In this document: positions 62,421-64,000 of the stretch, in pieces
Layout: each line of letters opens with the position of its first letter
Position numbering within the stretch: the stretch's first letter is position 1
Assembly: GCA_963828735.1 (NCBI GenBank)
Contig: CAWHFW010000005.1
Coordinates: 992,001-1,056,000 of the forward strand
Origin: an uncultured Gemmatimonadales bacterium
GTDB lineage: Bacteria > Gemmatimonadota > Gemmatimonadetes > Gemmatimonadales > GWC2-71-9
Length of the DNA stretch: 64,000 nt
Direction: 5' to 3'
The notes under the pieces: model-generated
Seen by the model: the letters and a program-made list of their open reading frames with translations, nothing else
What the model was told of the DNA's origin: nothing
Databases searched by the model: none
Position numbers and translations under genes: made by a program

Positions 62421-63881
62421 CTACTTTGACACCACGGCGAGCGCGTTCACTTGGCCATGGCCGTAGAAGCCGTTGTACCCCGCGCCGCCCTGGCAGGTCG
62501 CAGGGAAAAATCCACCGGGATTGAACGGATTGGGCGGGCAGGCCACCGGATCTGCCGTGCGGGTAATCAGGGCCTGCACCGCACCCGGGGACAACTTGCC
62601 GTGCGCGGAGATCGCCAAGGCCGCAACACCGGCGACGTGCGGCGACGCCATCGACGTTCCCTCGCTGAATGCCCAGCCGCCCGGGACGGTCGACAGGACC
62701 AATCCCTCAACGAAATCCTGGGTTTGGAATGGGAAGTCCCCGCCTGGCGCGACCACCTGGACGACTCCGACCCCGTAGTTCGAGTAGAAGGACTTCTGCA
62801 TCGCGTGGCCGTTGGCCGACACGCCGATCACGCCTGGGATCTCCACCGGGATGACGACGCATGCGTTCGTCACCTCACGTGTCTGCGGCGTGCCGTTGTC
62901 CGGACTAATCTCGTCGATGTTCCGCTTCGAGAGATCCTGGTTCTCGTTAGTCAGTGCCGCGACGACGGTCACGCCCTGCTGCATCGCGTAGCGGATCGCC
63001 CGCTGCTCGGCCTTCCAGATCGCCCGCTGACCCGGGTCATTACGGCAGTTGAAGAGCCAAGGGTCGGCGAAGTAGCTGTTGTTCGTCACGTCCAGGTGGT
63101 GCGAGCCCGCCCACATGAACGCGCAGATCACCGCCTCGGGGAAGATGAATCCGGCGGCGGTGGCGGCCTTGATTGCCGCGATTTTCACGTTGGGCGCGAC
63201 GCCGACGATCCCGATGCCGTTCTTGGCCGCGGCGATAGTGCCAGCCGTATGGGTGCCGTGACCGTTGTCGTCGGCCCAGGCGGCCGGGCTAGGATTCGCG
63301 ACGCCGCCGACGCAGGAGGCGCTGTTCGCGAAGTCCACGTTCGCCGCCAGGTCGGGGTGCGTAAAGTCGAGTCCGCTGTCGATGTCGCCGACGACGACGG
63401 ACGGGCTCCCACCGTTGATCGCGCGGGCCTCGGGGTCATGGATCTGCACCATGTCCCACTGAAGCGGGGACAAGGGGTCGTCCCCGGGAGCTGGTGTGCT
63501 GCCGGGCAACGGCCCGGCGGGGCGCATTTTCTCGGTGAGCCGCGTCGCGAAGCCGGCCGTGGCCGTTGAACCCTCGACCCTCTTGTCCTTCACGATCTTG
63601 TCGGCGAACGACGAGCTCGCTGACCGCGCGATCGCAACACCAATCGCGTCATAGCGCTCGACGAGCGTTCCACCGGCGCCGGCAATTGTCTTGGCGGCAT
63701 CGCGCGGGACTGCCGTTCCGTTGTAGAGGATGACATAGGTGCTCGCCGCGCCAGCGCTCGCGCGGGATGAGGCTACGACGTTTGGCGGGGTTCCAGGATC
63801 GGTGGGGGTGGGATTCTCGCTGCACGCGAGAGCGACGATCCCGAGCGCGACGGCCGGGAGCAGTGGGGAGATGCGTTTCAT
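62421..63881 (-). CDS. S8 serine peptidase, lipoprotein with prodomain
   Basis: DIDSG, HGTHTAG, GTSMASPHV; ALAC lipobox. Confidence 0.92.
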   Translation of the reverse strand: MKRISPLLPAVALGIVALACSENPTPTDPGTPPNVVASSRASAGAASTYVILYNGTAVPRDAAKTIAGAGGTLVERYDAIGVAIARSASSSFADKIVKDKRVEGSTATAGFATRLTEKMRPAGPLPGSTPAPGDDPLSPLQWDMVQIHDPEARAINGGSPSVVVGDIDSGLDFTHPDLAANVDFANSASCVGGVANPSPAAWADDNGHGTHTAGTIAAAKNGIGIVGVAPNVKIAAIKAATAAGFIFPEAVICAFMWAGSHHLDVTNNSYFADPWLFNCRNDPGQRAIWKAEQRAIRYAMQQGVTVVAALTNENQDLSKRNIDEISPDNGTPQTREVTNACVVIPVEIPGVIGVSANGHAMQKSFYSNYGVGVVQVVAPGGDFPFQTQDFVEGLVLSTVPGGWAFSEGTSMASPHVAGVAALAISAHGKLSPGAVQALITRTADPVACPPNPFNPGGFFPATCQGGAGYNGFYGHGQVNALAVVSK

Positions 63882-63926
63882 AGGGACCCTCTCTTGAGCA
63901 GGGACGCCGTCCTGTTGACCGCCCAT

Positions 63927-63960
63927 AGGAGGCGAGGACCCGTGGCTTTGCGGCCCCGGG
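63927..63960 (-). repeat. partial riboswitch-leader copy upstream of S8 peptidase
   Basis: Reverse complement: ccggggccgcaaagccacgggtcctcgcctcct. Confidence 0.7.
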
Positions 63961-64000
63961 GTGCCGCGCTGCTGTTGTCTCGTCAGTACGCCAGTGTTCC

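Overview
High-GC accessory region, probably from a Gemmatimonadota-like bacterium. This is inferred from gene content: an ADOP-type permease, many Ser/Thr kinases, Ig-like and orphan lipoproteins, and a DUF3604-PPIase-HupE operon. I saw no rRNA, tRNA, CRISPR array or intact transposase/integrase. Several genes carry indel frameshifts, which may be long-read errors or decay. Main observations: (1) a cation/proton antiporter fused to a rhodanese domain whose reading frame runs through an in-frame TGA in a Cys-x-TGA motif followed by a SECIS-like hairpin, so a candidate selenoprotein; (2) at 55.7-64 kb, a promoter plus c-di-GMP-I (GEMM)-like riboswitch leader copied four times (plus two partial inverted copies), each in front of a different secreted protein, with a duplicated 51-aa small ORF and phage debris; (3) integron attC half-sites and two attI-like sites at 9-16 kb with no integrase in the window; (4) two inserted modules each followed by a duplicate of the upstream gene's 3' end, plus many orphan 3' gene fragments, giving a mosaic structure; (5) a 1287-aa secreted transglutaminase-like protein with Ser at the catalytic Cys position.
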